A DNA stretch of 64,000 nt from the NCBI GenBank assembly GCA_002633005.1, contig NMRA01000753.1:102894-166893 (forward strand), given 5' to 3'. Under the pieces are notes generated by a model that did not search any database, had not been told where the DNA came from, and saw only the letters and a list, made by a program, of their open reading frames with translations. This document shows positions 53,190 to 64,000 of this stretch, one piece after another. A program made the position numbers and the translations under genes. The stretch is from Phoronis australis (lineage: Eukaryota; Animalia; Phoronida). The first letter of the stretch is position 1; each line of letters starts with the position of its first letter.

Positions 53190-53458
53190 AGCTTCTGTTT
53201 TTTCATCGTCACTCAGATTCCATTTTCTTTAAAAAAATGAAGTAATTTTTTTCATTGCACAGTGAAGCAGACGACGGAAATGGAGTCGTAGTGCGTAGCG
53301 CCACTGCCGGTCGACACGATTGACACTTGAAATTGGATCTGAGCCCCCCCCCCCAACACACTAAAACTGCACACATTTAAATCTTGTTTCAGACGTATAA
53401 TGTGAATTACCGGGGTTAAAACTCAACATTTCCCTACGTTCTTGCTGTTTTATTTTTT
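53190..53458 (-). mobile_element. Inverted partial copy of the 49695-50643 element (matches 49730-50053, with internal deletion)
   Basis: agcttctgttttttcatcgtcactcag...cgccactgccggtcg...tgacacttgaaattggatc...cttgctgttttatttttt is the reverse complement of 49730-50053. Confidence 0.88.
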
Positions 53459-53906
53459 NCTGGCGACTGATAGCCAGTGAGATAGTAATTCTAGCTAGTA
53501 GTGTGATATTATAGCAGAGCCGGTTTCTGACCGGCTGACTAAAAACAGCAGTTTATGGAAAATTTACTGCATAATTTTTATTCTGACTGAAGTACATCTT
53601 TTTGTATGGCTTCTCTCTTTTGTCGTGAATAAAGCTTTCGTTTGCAGACCCGGCTAGATGAATTCTCAATAGCAATATTCATTAGGCCCACTGAAACTAA
53701 TGATGATCTGACCTTAGTATTCATGCAGGCCCTCAATGACCTGTATATGCCCGCAGTTGCTGAGACACGATTGACTCGAGTTTCCTATTTTATTAAAATG
53801 CTGGCAGCCAGGTTGACTGGGTATTTCAAAGTCTGTGCTGTGTGTGTCAATTTTTATGAATCAGGGCATTCCCGTTTTTTCGATTTTGGAGTCACGGTTT
53901 GTTCTA

Positions 53907-54122
53907 ACCTGGTTCCCGGGCCTCACAAGATGACGTCACGGATAACTTGTGAACCAATATCTCGTGGGTCTGTGTAGGAGACTAGGTTTGTTCTGGTGGA
54001 TTCAGGCCGGGATGCCCTTTGACCTAGTTTTGCTCAGTCGTGGATTTTCGTAAACACAAGATGGCGGGAAGTTGAAATTCCTCTCGGAGTCATAGATTGT
54101 ACTATATTATAGCCCTTAGTAG
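53907..54122 (+). promoter_or_regulatory. Probable promoter and non-coding first exon of the FANCF-like gene
   Basis: CRE TGACGTCA 53931, YY1-type CAAGATGGCGG 54057 overlapping ETS-like CGGGAAGT, donor tag|gtaaat at 54122; the ATG exon at 55360 begins with an acceptor, so an upstream exon is required. Confidence 0.5.
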
Positions 54123-54319
54123 GTAAATTTGCCATTAAACTGTTTAAGTTGGGTAATGGCCCATCAGAGACGGTGGCCATCCCCTTGGGCACAGGCCCTA
54201 ATTGGTTAAACTGTAGACGTGCTTCTGAAGTTCTTGTGTATCATACGACTCCTTACGAGCCTCTGACTGTGTGATGAGACCAAAGATTTTATAGTACTAA
54301 TGGGGATATAGTATCTTTG

Positions 54320-54590
54320 GTGAGGCTCCGGATCTGTACCGTTGGCTTAGCCACTTGCTAACCGGCAACTGCGTATTAACTGAATGGTTTGCGCGATTGC
54401 CGGATTTATCGGGTTGCTGATTCGATTCCCAGACTGGGTAATCTGCATTTGGCGTAGTAGTCAGACGAATGATATATTGATGGCGGTGAAGCGTCTGCCA
54501 ACTGGCATGCAAACCGCGGACAGCGAGCGTGGTGTACCCTGTGGCCAGTGGTGCAGATGAAACAGCACCACCGTCTCGGCTTGCCCCAAT
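54320..54590 (+). mobile_element. Possible tRNA-derived SINE (decayed)
   Basis: GC-richer island with B-box-like gattcgattccc (~54419) and SINE-body-like gatgaaacagcaccaccgtc. Confidence 0.35.
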
Positions 54591-55376
54591 AGATATGGTG
54601 TTCACCCCATGGGCTCTCTATTGCCATAAAGCTTTTGGGGAAATTATGTCTCACACTGATTAAACCATCAAAGTCATAATGTTGTTACCTTAATTTTGCA
54701 CTTTGAGAGAGACACCTTAGGAGGCCATTGATGTCATTAACTCTTCTCAGCTCAAGCAAATACTGCCATAATCAAACTTTTTTCGAATATTCCTTCATTC
54801 AGGTTGCTCAAATCGACAACTGATGGCCATTTTGGCTTTGCTCACACCAGGGGATATGATGGATGTGATGTAGCCATATCACATGCAAGACTTATTCCCA
54901 TGCTCCACTCCAGTGCCACCAGTGGCCAATAACAAGACATCTCCTTGTGTCAAGACAGTGACAAATAAACCTACTAGCAAACCTCATTGTGTCACATTCT
55001 TAAACTGCAGTGCAACTCCAAGTTGTAAACCATAAACCACGATACATAGGATCGATCTGAAAATCACCTGAATGAGGCTCAGTTGATGTGAATTGGTAAC
55101 TAATGAATATTTGCTCAGAGACTTGAAATTGTGGATATTCCTCTGTGTCTATAATATAGTCAAGTTTTCAATGCACTTTGTAATTGTGTGGCTCCATGGC
55201 AGTAACAAATAAATCAAGGCAGTAACTATGGTGGGCATGGCCTGTCGGCCCTTTTTCCAACTTTTCTCAAGTTGGTCCTGCAGCAATGCATTCTGGGATG
55301 GATAGGGACAAATGCGAAAATGTTATTGTTAGTCTGATTTTCCACTGCTCTTTTTTCAGGGGCACTAAGCCGAAGA

Positions 55377-55511
55377 ATGTCATTAAGTGCCATTTTGAAG
55401 AATATTTATTGCTACCTCGAGGTGATTCAGGCCTCAACAACAGACAGGGTTAAATGTTGGTCTAAGGAAAATCTTCATAATGGCCTTGAGTGGGCCAAAT
55501 ACTGTCAGCAG
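55377..55511 (+). CDS. FANCF: FANCF-like protein, first coding exon
   Basis: acceptor ttttttcag at 55359; MSLSAILKNIYCYLEVIQASTTDRVKCWSKENLHNGLEWAKYCQQ|gtaata aligns to recalled FANCF N-terminus MESLLQHLDRFSELLAVSSTTYVSTWDPATVRRALQWARY. Confidence 0.78.
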
Positions 55512-56183
55512 GTAATAGTGTGAAGGATCACTGATGATTACAGTGGAAGTTCACTGCACACCCAGTGTAAGACACCCTTAGTTCCTAATGGCTGCCACTG
55601 TGTGGCACCATCTGTATGATGTCTGCTTCTATTGTCTCTTGATTTATTAAATGTTTTTGTTCACTTGTTCGTTACTTTTTTAGTGGACTCTTAAGTTAAG
55701 GCAAATGGTACTCAAATTTCCACAGACTATCGCTTTCCACAGACTATCACATAAATTCCACAGACTATCACATAATTTCAAGTGAACTTTTTTTCTTTCA
55801 CTTTCTAGACACATATATTTTATAAGTATTCCACCGTAGTGTTGTCGAATTCTTATCCTTTGTTTGAATTGACGCACCTAAGATTGCCCTGGTGAAAATA
55901 GTACTTTGGCAGCCATACTGTCTTGGCGACCACGATTGGCACACGCTATGTGCAGTGACAGAAGACACTTGTGTAAAATGGTATGAGCGCCCTATAACTT
56001 TTCTATGTTCTCCACTTGTTTACTTTTAAAGGTAATTTTATTGTGTTCTTACTGGGTAATATCCCAGTTTTTACTTTTACCATAGGAATATGCAGCATAT
56101 AAAACCCAGACACATAATACACATTGTATTGTTATGTTTCTTTACTTTTTCTTGTGAGTATTGTGTTGTCATTGTGTTTGTAG

Positions 56184-56324
56184 GTGTATGACAAGTCCAA
56201 AGGGAAGCCATATGCACATGAACTTCAAAAGCACATAGCTGCTCTTATCAGGAATCCCTTGGCTCTGGGAGACATGTCAATCAGTATGGAGTATTTTGAC
56301 GGCTGTGTTCTTAAGCTCACTTTG
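56184..56324 (+). CDS. FANCF: FANCF-like coding exon 2
   Basis: gtttgtag|GTG...TTG|gtatgt; VYDKSKGKPYAHELQKHI...YFDGCVLKLTL; phase 0/0. Confidence 0.75.
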
Positions 56325-56454
56325 GTATGTTACTACCAAATGTATGCTCACTCTGTAGTCAATTAAATTTTCTTCTTTCCTGTGTTATTCTTGAGTTACT
56401 GAATACTTTTGTACGTGTGCTGAATCTTATTGATGTCCACTTGAGTTTTACACA

Positions 56455-57695
56455 ATCATGCACACGCATGCGTGCACACGCACACGCACGCACCCACTTG
56501 GGTTGGCAGATACATTTTGTTGTCATCTCTGAGTGTCTTGCATAATCTCCATGAAATTTTGTAGATGTGTTCGTAGTGAGGTGGCAACAGATAATAATGA
56601 CAATTAATATATACTTTACTTTCCCCCCTAAAGGCAATTTAATTTTCACGTTAGCTCCAGTATCCACCAAGTTCAATTTTGTGAAATTTGACAAATTGAG
56701 CTGGAAATGACATCCTCATGGATTCAACGTATTTTGTGCCCCTTTTAATCCACTTCTCTATTCACTCGACCTCTGGAAGGATGATTAATATATAATTTGG
56801 CTGGAGTGTTTCAACTCAGGAGAGCACATTCTGAAATTGATTTTTGAACAGTTCTGACTATAGCGTCCCCTAGTGGCGTTTTTGCCTCTGCCTCTATCTA
56901 CTAAAGTCCTTGATGGAACTTGTACTAAATATGATTTTTGTTTTTCATGAGAGCACCACTTACGTTGATGTCTACATAGTTCTGCTGCTTTTGCATCTGC
57001 TTGTGGCAATTTAGGTTTTCTTTCCATACACCTGTCAACTACCCATTTCAATGATAGATGTTAATGAAATTTACCACAAAGTTTTTTAAAGGAAAGGTGA
57101 CACCTAGTTTCAGATGGATTTGACCTTTTTTGCACAATTTTATTATTTTCATGTTTTGTTTTGTTTTGTGTCTGCTTCCCTATCCGACATGAATTTTCGG
57201 ACAGTTCTGCTGTAGCGCCCCCTAATGGCAGTTTTAGTTTTTCTTTGCGCGTACCTCATGATCTACCAAGTTCTTTGATGCATCCTACTGACAATTTGTC
57301 ATTGTGTGTGCTTTTGTATTTATGATTAGTTCTTCTTGTTGTAACTGACTACTGTGGTGCACCTTAGTGGCAAATCATTGTGTGTACTTCAGTATTTTCC
57401 ATTACTTCTTGATAGATCTGACTATTGCAGTGCACCCTAGTGGCAAATCAGTATTGTGTCTACTTTAGCATTTTCCATTACTTTTCTTGATGGATCTCAC
57501 TATTAGGCGGCACCTTAGTGACACAATGTCATTGTGTCTACTTATTAACTACGTACCTTTGTGAGTGCCAACTGATGTTGATTTCCGAAAGGATCCAATT
57601 ACTTTTGCAACATGTTAAAAACTGATCATATCTTATTTCCGTACAATTTGTGATGCGTGCGATGGGAGCATATCAAACACTACGTTGCTGTTTGA
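56455..57695 (+). mobile_element. Older, diverged HINE-family copy in FANCF-like intron
   Basis: (CACG)n head, atgaaattttg and ccctagtggc subunits, 3' gggagcatatcaaacactacgttg resembling the family 3' end. Confidence 0.55.
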
Positions 57696-57743
57696 TGTTT
57701 GAGAGTGCTAGTGTACGTTGTTTCTGTTTGTTTATATCTACAG

Positions 57744-57830
57744 AATCTCGTCCAGAATCCATGTTTAAGTGATGATCTGTTACACGAGCTTTTGAACGCT
57801 AACCAAGGAACTTTGGACAGCTTTATAGAG
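57744..57830 (+). CDS. FANCF: FANCF-like coding exon 3
   Basis: tctacag|AAT...GAG|gtatta; NLVQNPCLSDDLLHELL, cf. FANCF LLENRALGD; phase 0/0. Confidence 0.75.
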
Positions 57831-58513
57831 GTATTATGTTATATGTGTATGTAACCTACATGTACTGGAGTCTAATGTCGAATCTTCCATCTCTGTCTTC
57901 TGGTGACCTGGGTTTCGGGTCTAATCTGTGTATTCAAAATCAACATTTTTCGTTTGACTTTGATATAAAGTCAAAATAATGTACGGTTCTGTTAAGTATA
58001 TTGTGGGTTATGCAGTTGAGCATCTAATCCAGATTTACACTTGATGACCCCTAGCTATGAGCTACATAACTGAGGTAATCAAGAGCAAGCTATGATTAGA
58101 CAGTTACTCTCGTAATCAGTAATGTAGTCTAGGTCTGATTTGTAGACAGTTATTGTGACTTCACACAAGAGTAAATTTGGGAAATGTTTGGTTAGTATCT
58201 ATTTTATACCAAATCCATAAATTACTGGTGGCACTGGTTTAGTTTCAGTTGACATGGCAGTGTGGGCAGTTTCATTCCTAACAAAAGGATACAAATGCGA
58301 TGATGTTGTTTTGGAATAAAAAAACTTCTGTGAATATAGTTGATAGTTTTAAGACCAGACGTGATTTACTGTGGCTTAAAGTGCTTCCGTAGCATATGCA
58401 TGAACTCCTGTACTTTTTAAGAATTCTGAAAAAACTCCAATTGACAAGGGTTTTTTCTCTGTTATTAGATATGTAATGCACATTAAAGTTAATAGAGACT
58501 CTTTTGATTTCAG

Positions 58514-58695
58514 GGGTGTTTTACTCTCAATGAAGTTAATATGGAGCACCAGTTATCATGCCTGTTAGCTGAGGAATTAGGAGCTGCTGTTGAAGTAACA
58601 AAAGATGGCACTACTTGCTTGACACTTAAGGCACACGCTTTGCTATTGTACGAGCATGTGAAAACAGTGATGAAAAGTACACCTGACAAAAGCTG
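58514..58695 (+). CDS. FANCF: FANCF-like coding exon 4
   Basis: gatttcag|GGG...TG|gtaag; open frame including LKAHALLLYEHV, cf. FANCF TQAELLLERL. Confidence 0.68.
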
Positions 58696-58902
58696 GTAAG
58701 AGGGTTAAACAGACTGCATGTACATTGAGATAATTTAATGACAAATCTTCAACAAGAAAGACTAATCAAAGGTCAATTGTCATAGAGAAGTATGTATTGT
58801 TTGTAAATCCTCCTCTGGCTGATATACAGAGTTTCAAAAATAGATGACCAGGTTTCAAAAGGTGTACATGCAGTGTTAACCCAAACAAAAGAGTGTGGCT
58901 CA

Positions 58903-60754
58903 TTTTTATGCACCCACATATTTATATGTGGCCGCACATTGCTGTCATCCCTAGGTGGCCGTCCGGCGTCCGCAGCTGTATCTCCTAAACCCCTTACAGG
59001 ATCTTGATGAGATTTGTCAGACATGTTTGTATGAAGCTGATGACAGATGACGATGACCTCTGCAACTGCAGGTGTGCCCCCTAGTGGCAATTTTAGTTTT
59101 TACGCTTACCTCTGTATCTTCGGAAGTCCTCAACGGATTTTCATAAAATTTGACAGTTATGCATTGGCATCTGCACTTTTATGAACTAAACCTCTCTAGG
59201 GATGATTTGGAAAATTGGAATATAATTTATGCTCTTACTGTGAAGAGGGCGGCTCACGATGATTTGCCGACAACTTTGACTACTGTGGCACCTCCTAGTG
59301 GAAGTTTTGTTTGTTTTTGCGCCCATGGCTGTTTCTCCTAAACAATCTGCACGATGTTTAATTAAATTTAGCAAATGTATTCATTTGAAGTTGACAACAG
59401 ATGATGACGACTTTCAGACATAGTCTGATGAATGCTGTGCCCTCTAGTGCCAATTTCATGTTTCCCATGTTCCTCTGTTTCTTTGAAGTTTCTTTACGGA
59501 TTTTTTGTGAAATTCAATAAATAGCTTTCTATTAATAAACGACGGTATGTTCTCGTTTTTGGATGGATTTGGCGTAGTTTGGCAGATGTGCTCCTATAAA
59601 GCTGACAATGGATGGCGACAAATTTCGGACCTCTTTGACTACCGGTGTGCCTCCTAGTGGCAATTTTAATTTTTTACGCTTAGGTTTCTGTATCTTTGGA
59701 GATCCTCAACGAATTTTCATAAAATTTGGCAGCTAGGCTTCTACTAGTGAAATGATACTATGCTCTTGTTTTCATACAGATTTGAGGTACTTTGCACCAC
59801 CTAGTGGCCATTTTTACTGTTTTCAAGTCTGTTTTCGGCATCGGCCCTTCTATTAACCAACGTGAAAATTGGCATATATGTTCTTACTGTGAAGAGGGCA
59901 GCTGATGATGATTTTCCGATGACTGTGACTACTATGACACCTCCTAGTGGCAGTTTTGTTTGTTTTTGCGCCCATGGCTGTATCTCCTAAAAGTTCTACA
60001 GATGTTTATTGAATTTTGATGGTGTATTTATATGAAGTTGAAAGCAGAGTACTGCAAGTTTCGAACGGATTGGATTATTGGTGTGTCCCCTAGTGGCAAT
60101 TTTTTGGTTCTTGGGTTTCAAAGGTTCTCAACAGATTTTCATGAAATTTAGCAAATAAGCGTCTATTAGTGAGGTGATGCTATTCTCTGGTTTTGGGTTG
60201 AATTCAAGGTATTTTGCGCCACCTAGTGGGCATTGTTACTATTTTTGTGTTTGTTTTTCGGCATCTGCCCCTCTGTCAACCAAACCATTCTAAGGATGAT
60301 TGTGAAAATTGGCATGTATGTTCCTAATGTGAAGAGGAGGGCTGACGATTTTCCGATAACTTCGAATACTGTGGCGCCTCCTAGTGGTAGTTTTTTTTTG
60401 TGCCCATAGCTGTATCTCCTAAACAATCTGCACGGTGTTTAATTAAATTTAGCAAATGTATTCATTTGAAGTTGACAACAGATGATGACGACTTTCAGAC
60501 ATAGTCTGATGAATGCTGTGCCCTCTAGTGGCAATTTCATTTTTCCCATGTTCCTCTGTTTCTTTGAAGTTTCTTTACGGATTTTTTGTGAAATTCAATA
60601 AATAGCTTTCTATTAATAAACGACGGTATGTTCTCGTTTTTGGATGGATTTGGCGTAGTTTGCGCCATCTAGTGGCCATTTTTATGATGCACCCCTAGAA
60701 GCACACCATTTGCGGTGCATTCATGGGCGCATTTCAACGCTCTGTGTTGTTTTG
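58903..60754 (+). mobile_element. Full-length HINE (Helentron-type non-autonomous element) with ~145-bp subunit array and a near-identical internal duplication (~59330-59581 vs ~60410-60662)
   Basis: 5' tttttatgcacccacatatttatatgtggccgcac hairpin, gtccggcgtcc, 11 subunits containing c(c/t)tagtgg-like cores, 3' subTIR atgggcgcat and stem-loop caacgctctgtgttg. Confidence 0.8.
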
Positions 60755-61374
60755 GCATAATATTCTCCAAGATGATAAATGTTTGTGAAGTCCTGCATTT
60801 GTCATCAAGTAATTTATATATTGTCTGTTTGCAATGAGTATATAATTTTTTGCTGAATCTTCGATGACTGAAATATTTTAATCTGTGTTTTATAATGTCA
60901 CACTATATACAGTTGTTTATAAGGTAACCACTCAGTGAACACTCTTCCGGTTAAGTTCACTTAATACACCATTAAGCAGACACTCCTGGTAAAGTTCCTT
61001 TAATACACCACTGAGTGGACACTAGCCTGGGGTTTTTAAAGCTTCAGATACAGAAAGCAGTTTTTAGAAAAGGTTGATGAACCACATCAAAGTTGTTCTG
61101 GCTTTGTCAAACTTATGACAAATACAATACTTCATTGTCTAAAATTTTGTTGCCAAATTTTCTCCAAAGTTAGCTATGTTTTTACCCCGGTTTTTCACCT
61201 AATTTTGACCAGAAGACACCCACCAACCTTCTTGAAAACTATTGTGTTGCATAAACTCCTAACTGGCAAAGAAAGTATTAGTTTTAATTTTGTATCCATT
61301 GCAGTGGTCAGGGTAAGGCTAGTATTCTTTTTTGCTATAGGGAAGCAAAATTTGATTTATGAAATCATTTTCAG

Positions 61375-61432
61375 TGCTGAAAAATATTTCATTGAGAAAC
61401 TGACCAACATTTCAGAAGAACCAGATGGACTG
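61375..61432 (+). CDS. Probable FANCF-like coding exon 5
   Basis: attttcag|T GCT...CTG|gtgagt; phase-2 compatible; AEKYFIEKLTNISEEPDGL; support is splice sites and phase only. Confidence 0.55.
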
Positions 61433-64000
61433 GTGAGTAGAATTGACTCTCTACTATTAATAGATTGGTCTATTTCGCACACAATTTTTGGGCAAATTGT
61501 CAGCTAGAAGCCTGTGTTCAGTTCACGAACGAAGCCACTTGCTGTTGGACTTTAATTTCTCCTTACTCAGTCTGGGCTTGCAAAGAACGGACACAGAATT
61601 TCTGTTTTATTAACTTTTGAAGTCCGGCAGCAGGTTACAGAAATTGGACAACATTGATGATTTTGATGTGAAACTTTGTTATTTGTTTGGGAATATTCCA
61701 TCATTGCAGGCAGGTGTGTCTTCAAAGGCTACACTAGGTATCTTCAAACAGGGAATATTCCGTACACATCACTCTGATTTTATAGTTGAATCACAGCCAG
61801 GGATATTCTGTCATGTCATTGATGGCAGAGTAATACCTTGACCATGTCAACTCTAAATGAAATTTTAAGAGAATGAAAGGCTTAGACCAAGAAGTTGGTG
61901 CTGTTAATGTATGTCTAAATATTTTGAACCTGAATCTACAGGCAAATAATAGTGTAAAATTCTGACCCTTATGTCTGGAAGCTGTTTATGTGTGGAGGCT
62001 GTGTGGAGGGTTCAAGTGGAGACTATGACTGGAGTCCAACAGTGAGATTTATGTGCTTGTGGCTGGTTTACTGTATTGTTCTTTGTCACCTGAAATAATC
62101 CCAACTTTTCCTTATAGGCTAAAGACCCAAAAGTTGCTGCAGATGTTTTGAGCTTGCAGCTCTATTCTGTATGTGGGATAGCATTTTGTGAAAAGGTCAA
62201 TAGACCTGTGATTGTGATTTTGTGTTGTAAGAGCATCTCGTGAATAAGTTTTGCTTGAAATTAGTGTAAAGAACTTCATATCAGAAAGTGTGTTCTTATT
62301 TTAAGTAAACAAATTTGCTGGCTTAATGAGGTGTCCCAATTAGAAAGCACAAGCTTCCAAACAGACAACCCATTTTACCATCCACATCGTTCTCCATTTT
62401 CTCCTCCAGTGTTGCCCCCCATTTTATGTTCCAAACCTCATGACGTGTCCACTCATAGCATCCAGACATAGCCCCCATAGATACTTAGTCAGCCAGCTGG
62501 AAATGGAGAACAATTTATTTCAAAATTAACTAAAATTGAATCGACTGAATTTGCTCTTGTAGCACAGTGCCCAAAGGTACAAATCAGTATGATCATTCAG
62601 TGCAACTGCACTATCTGCAAAGTAAAGGTCTATTGGTAATGTTTTAGTTTCAGACTCATTTGCTTACTCAAGCATAAGCAGGCCTACAGTTCTTACGGTA
62701 ATTTCACTGCTGGTAATTTGATATTATTTTATTTACACTTTCCCTGGAGAAATGCAATTAAGCTGCATTTGATTCCACCATATTGGCTTGCTAATAGGGA
62801 CATTGTCTTTTGGAGTGAGACTTGCTCCTACTGTGTAGTCTGTCTGGACACAGCTTTTGACTGATGGTGCCAGAAGCTCTTTGTGTAACAATCTTATCAA
62901 ATGTTTCCCAATCCCTGTGGCCATTACTGTCAAGTGAGTGATAGATGTCCTGCTGTGTCCTCTGATGCTTATGCCTGGCACTGAACCAACAACAGCTGTT
63001 TGCAACCAACTACTGAACCTTAGAAAAGTGAACACACTTGCCTGTGCCTGAATTTAATTGCATGAAGGATGGGCCCTACCTACTCATGCTGTGGTGTGCT
63101 TTACTTTGTTATGCTGATAAATCTTCAGTTTTTAGTTTTGGTGCGTGGCCTGCAGTCCACGGTTTCGTGTTAGGCATATGCAGCGCATGTGCAGACGTGT
63201 CAAAAGAAAAATGTCAAAATTTGGACAACTTCGGAACATCACATCTCAGAAATGACTGCTCTGCCTCAAACATCAACTTACCGTGCACTGGTCTACAAAA
63301 CGCTGTTTTTAAACTGCAATGAAGCTATGAAAAAGCTGATGCTATTTACCCGACAAGTCTGCCTAATAAACCAATATTTGCTATGTGACCAATGGGTGGG
63401 GCAACAAGATTGTTACGTGACATCTGTTGACCTGAAAAGTATTGAGTAATTAGCAAAAATTAGCATATTGGCTGGGGTGAAGAGGTACTTTCATAATAAG
63501 ACTTCTATGACCTTTGTAAAAAAACAAATTAAAGTTGCATAAAATAAAAACAAAATAATTTCAAAGGCATGAAACAACACATTTGAGATTTCTTGTTTAA
63601 TATTAAGTATGTATCAAACAAAACATGGTTATATTGCCATTGTTTTGCATAACGTTCGTTTTTCCTGAATCTTAATTCCTAAAACAATATGGTCACGTGT
63701 CTCGATCAATGGAAGATTGGCATAGAGTCAGACATCAGTTTGGTTTTCTACTTTCAGAAAGTTCTACTTTTACCAAGTTATTATTTTATAATTTTGTAGA
63801 TAATAGCTGAATGTGCAGACTTGTCGATAACGGTCATTAAAAACCTTAAAGTAAAATCAGAATTAGTTAAAATTACAAAGCTAACGGAAATGAAGTTCAT
63901 TGCAAGCTGTGTCTTTGTCGGCCTTGTTCAAGGAGTTTGAAAAACTTGTAATTACTGTAGTATTTTTGGTAGAACAGTAGAAGTCCAATGCAGGGGTGGA

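Noticed and set aside
54061-54075. ATGGCG in strong context as a gene start
   Set aside because: Reads MAGS* only; better explained as a YY1 motif or tiny uORF in the FANCF-like leader

Overview
Eukaryotic (bilaterian invertebrate-type) genomic DNA with spliceosomal introns, not prokaryotic; most ORF-track entries are noise. Three + strand multi-exon genes were reconstructed by hand from GT-AG sites and reading-frame phase. (1) The 3' part of an inverted-formin (INF2/FHDC1 family) gene: 12 exons, 2399-35378, 1939 aa in window, with DID end, FH1, FH2, WH2/DAD and a ~1250-aa tail carrying a previously unremarked repeated helix motif and tensin-type YDN motifs. (2) A complete PGAP2 gene (39845-48810) with two tandemly duplicated, diverged, intact terminal exons, predicting two isoforms that differ in the last TM helix and tail. 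(3) An intron-containing FANCF-like gene starting at 55377 whose 3' end is unresolved. Introns hold many non-autonomous transposons: Helentron-type (HINE) elements whose ~145-bp subunits each carry a CTCF-like motif, a CA..TG/5-bp-TSD MITE family, TA-TSD Tc1/mariner elements, and a Kolobok-like element nested in a foldback element. There is also a 5'-truncated RTE-X-like LINE and several minisatellites. Repeat boundaries are approximate. Homology calls come from recalled family sequences, not database searches.
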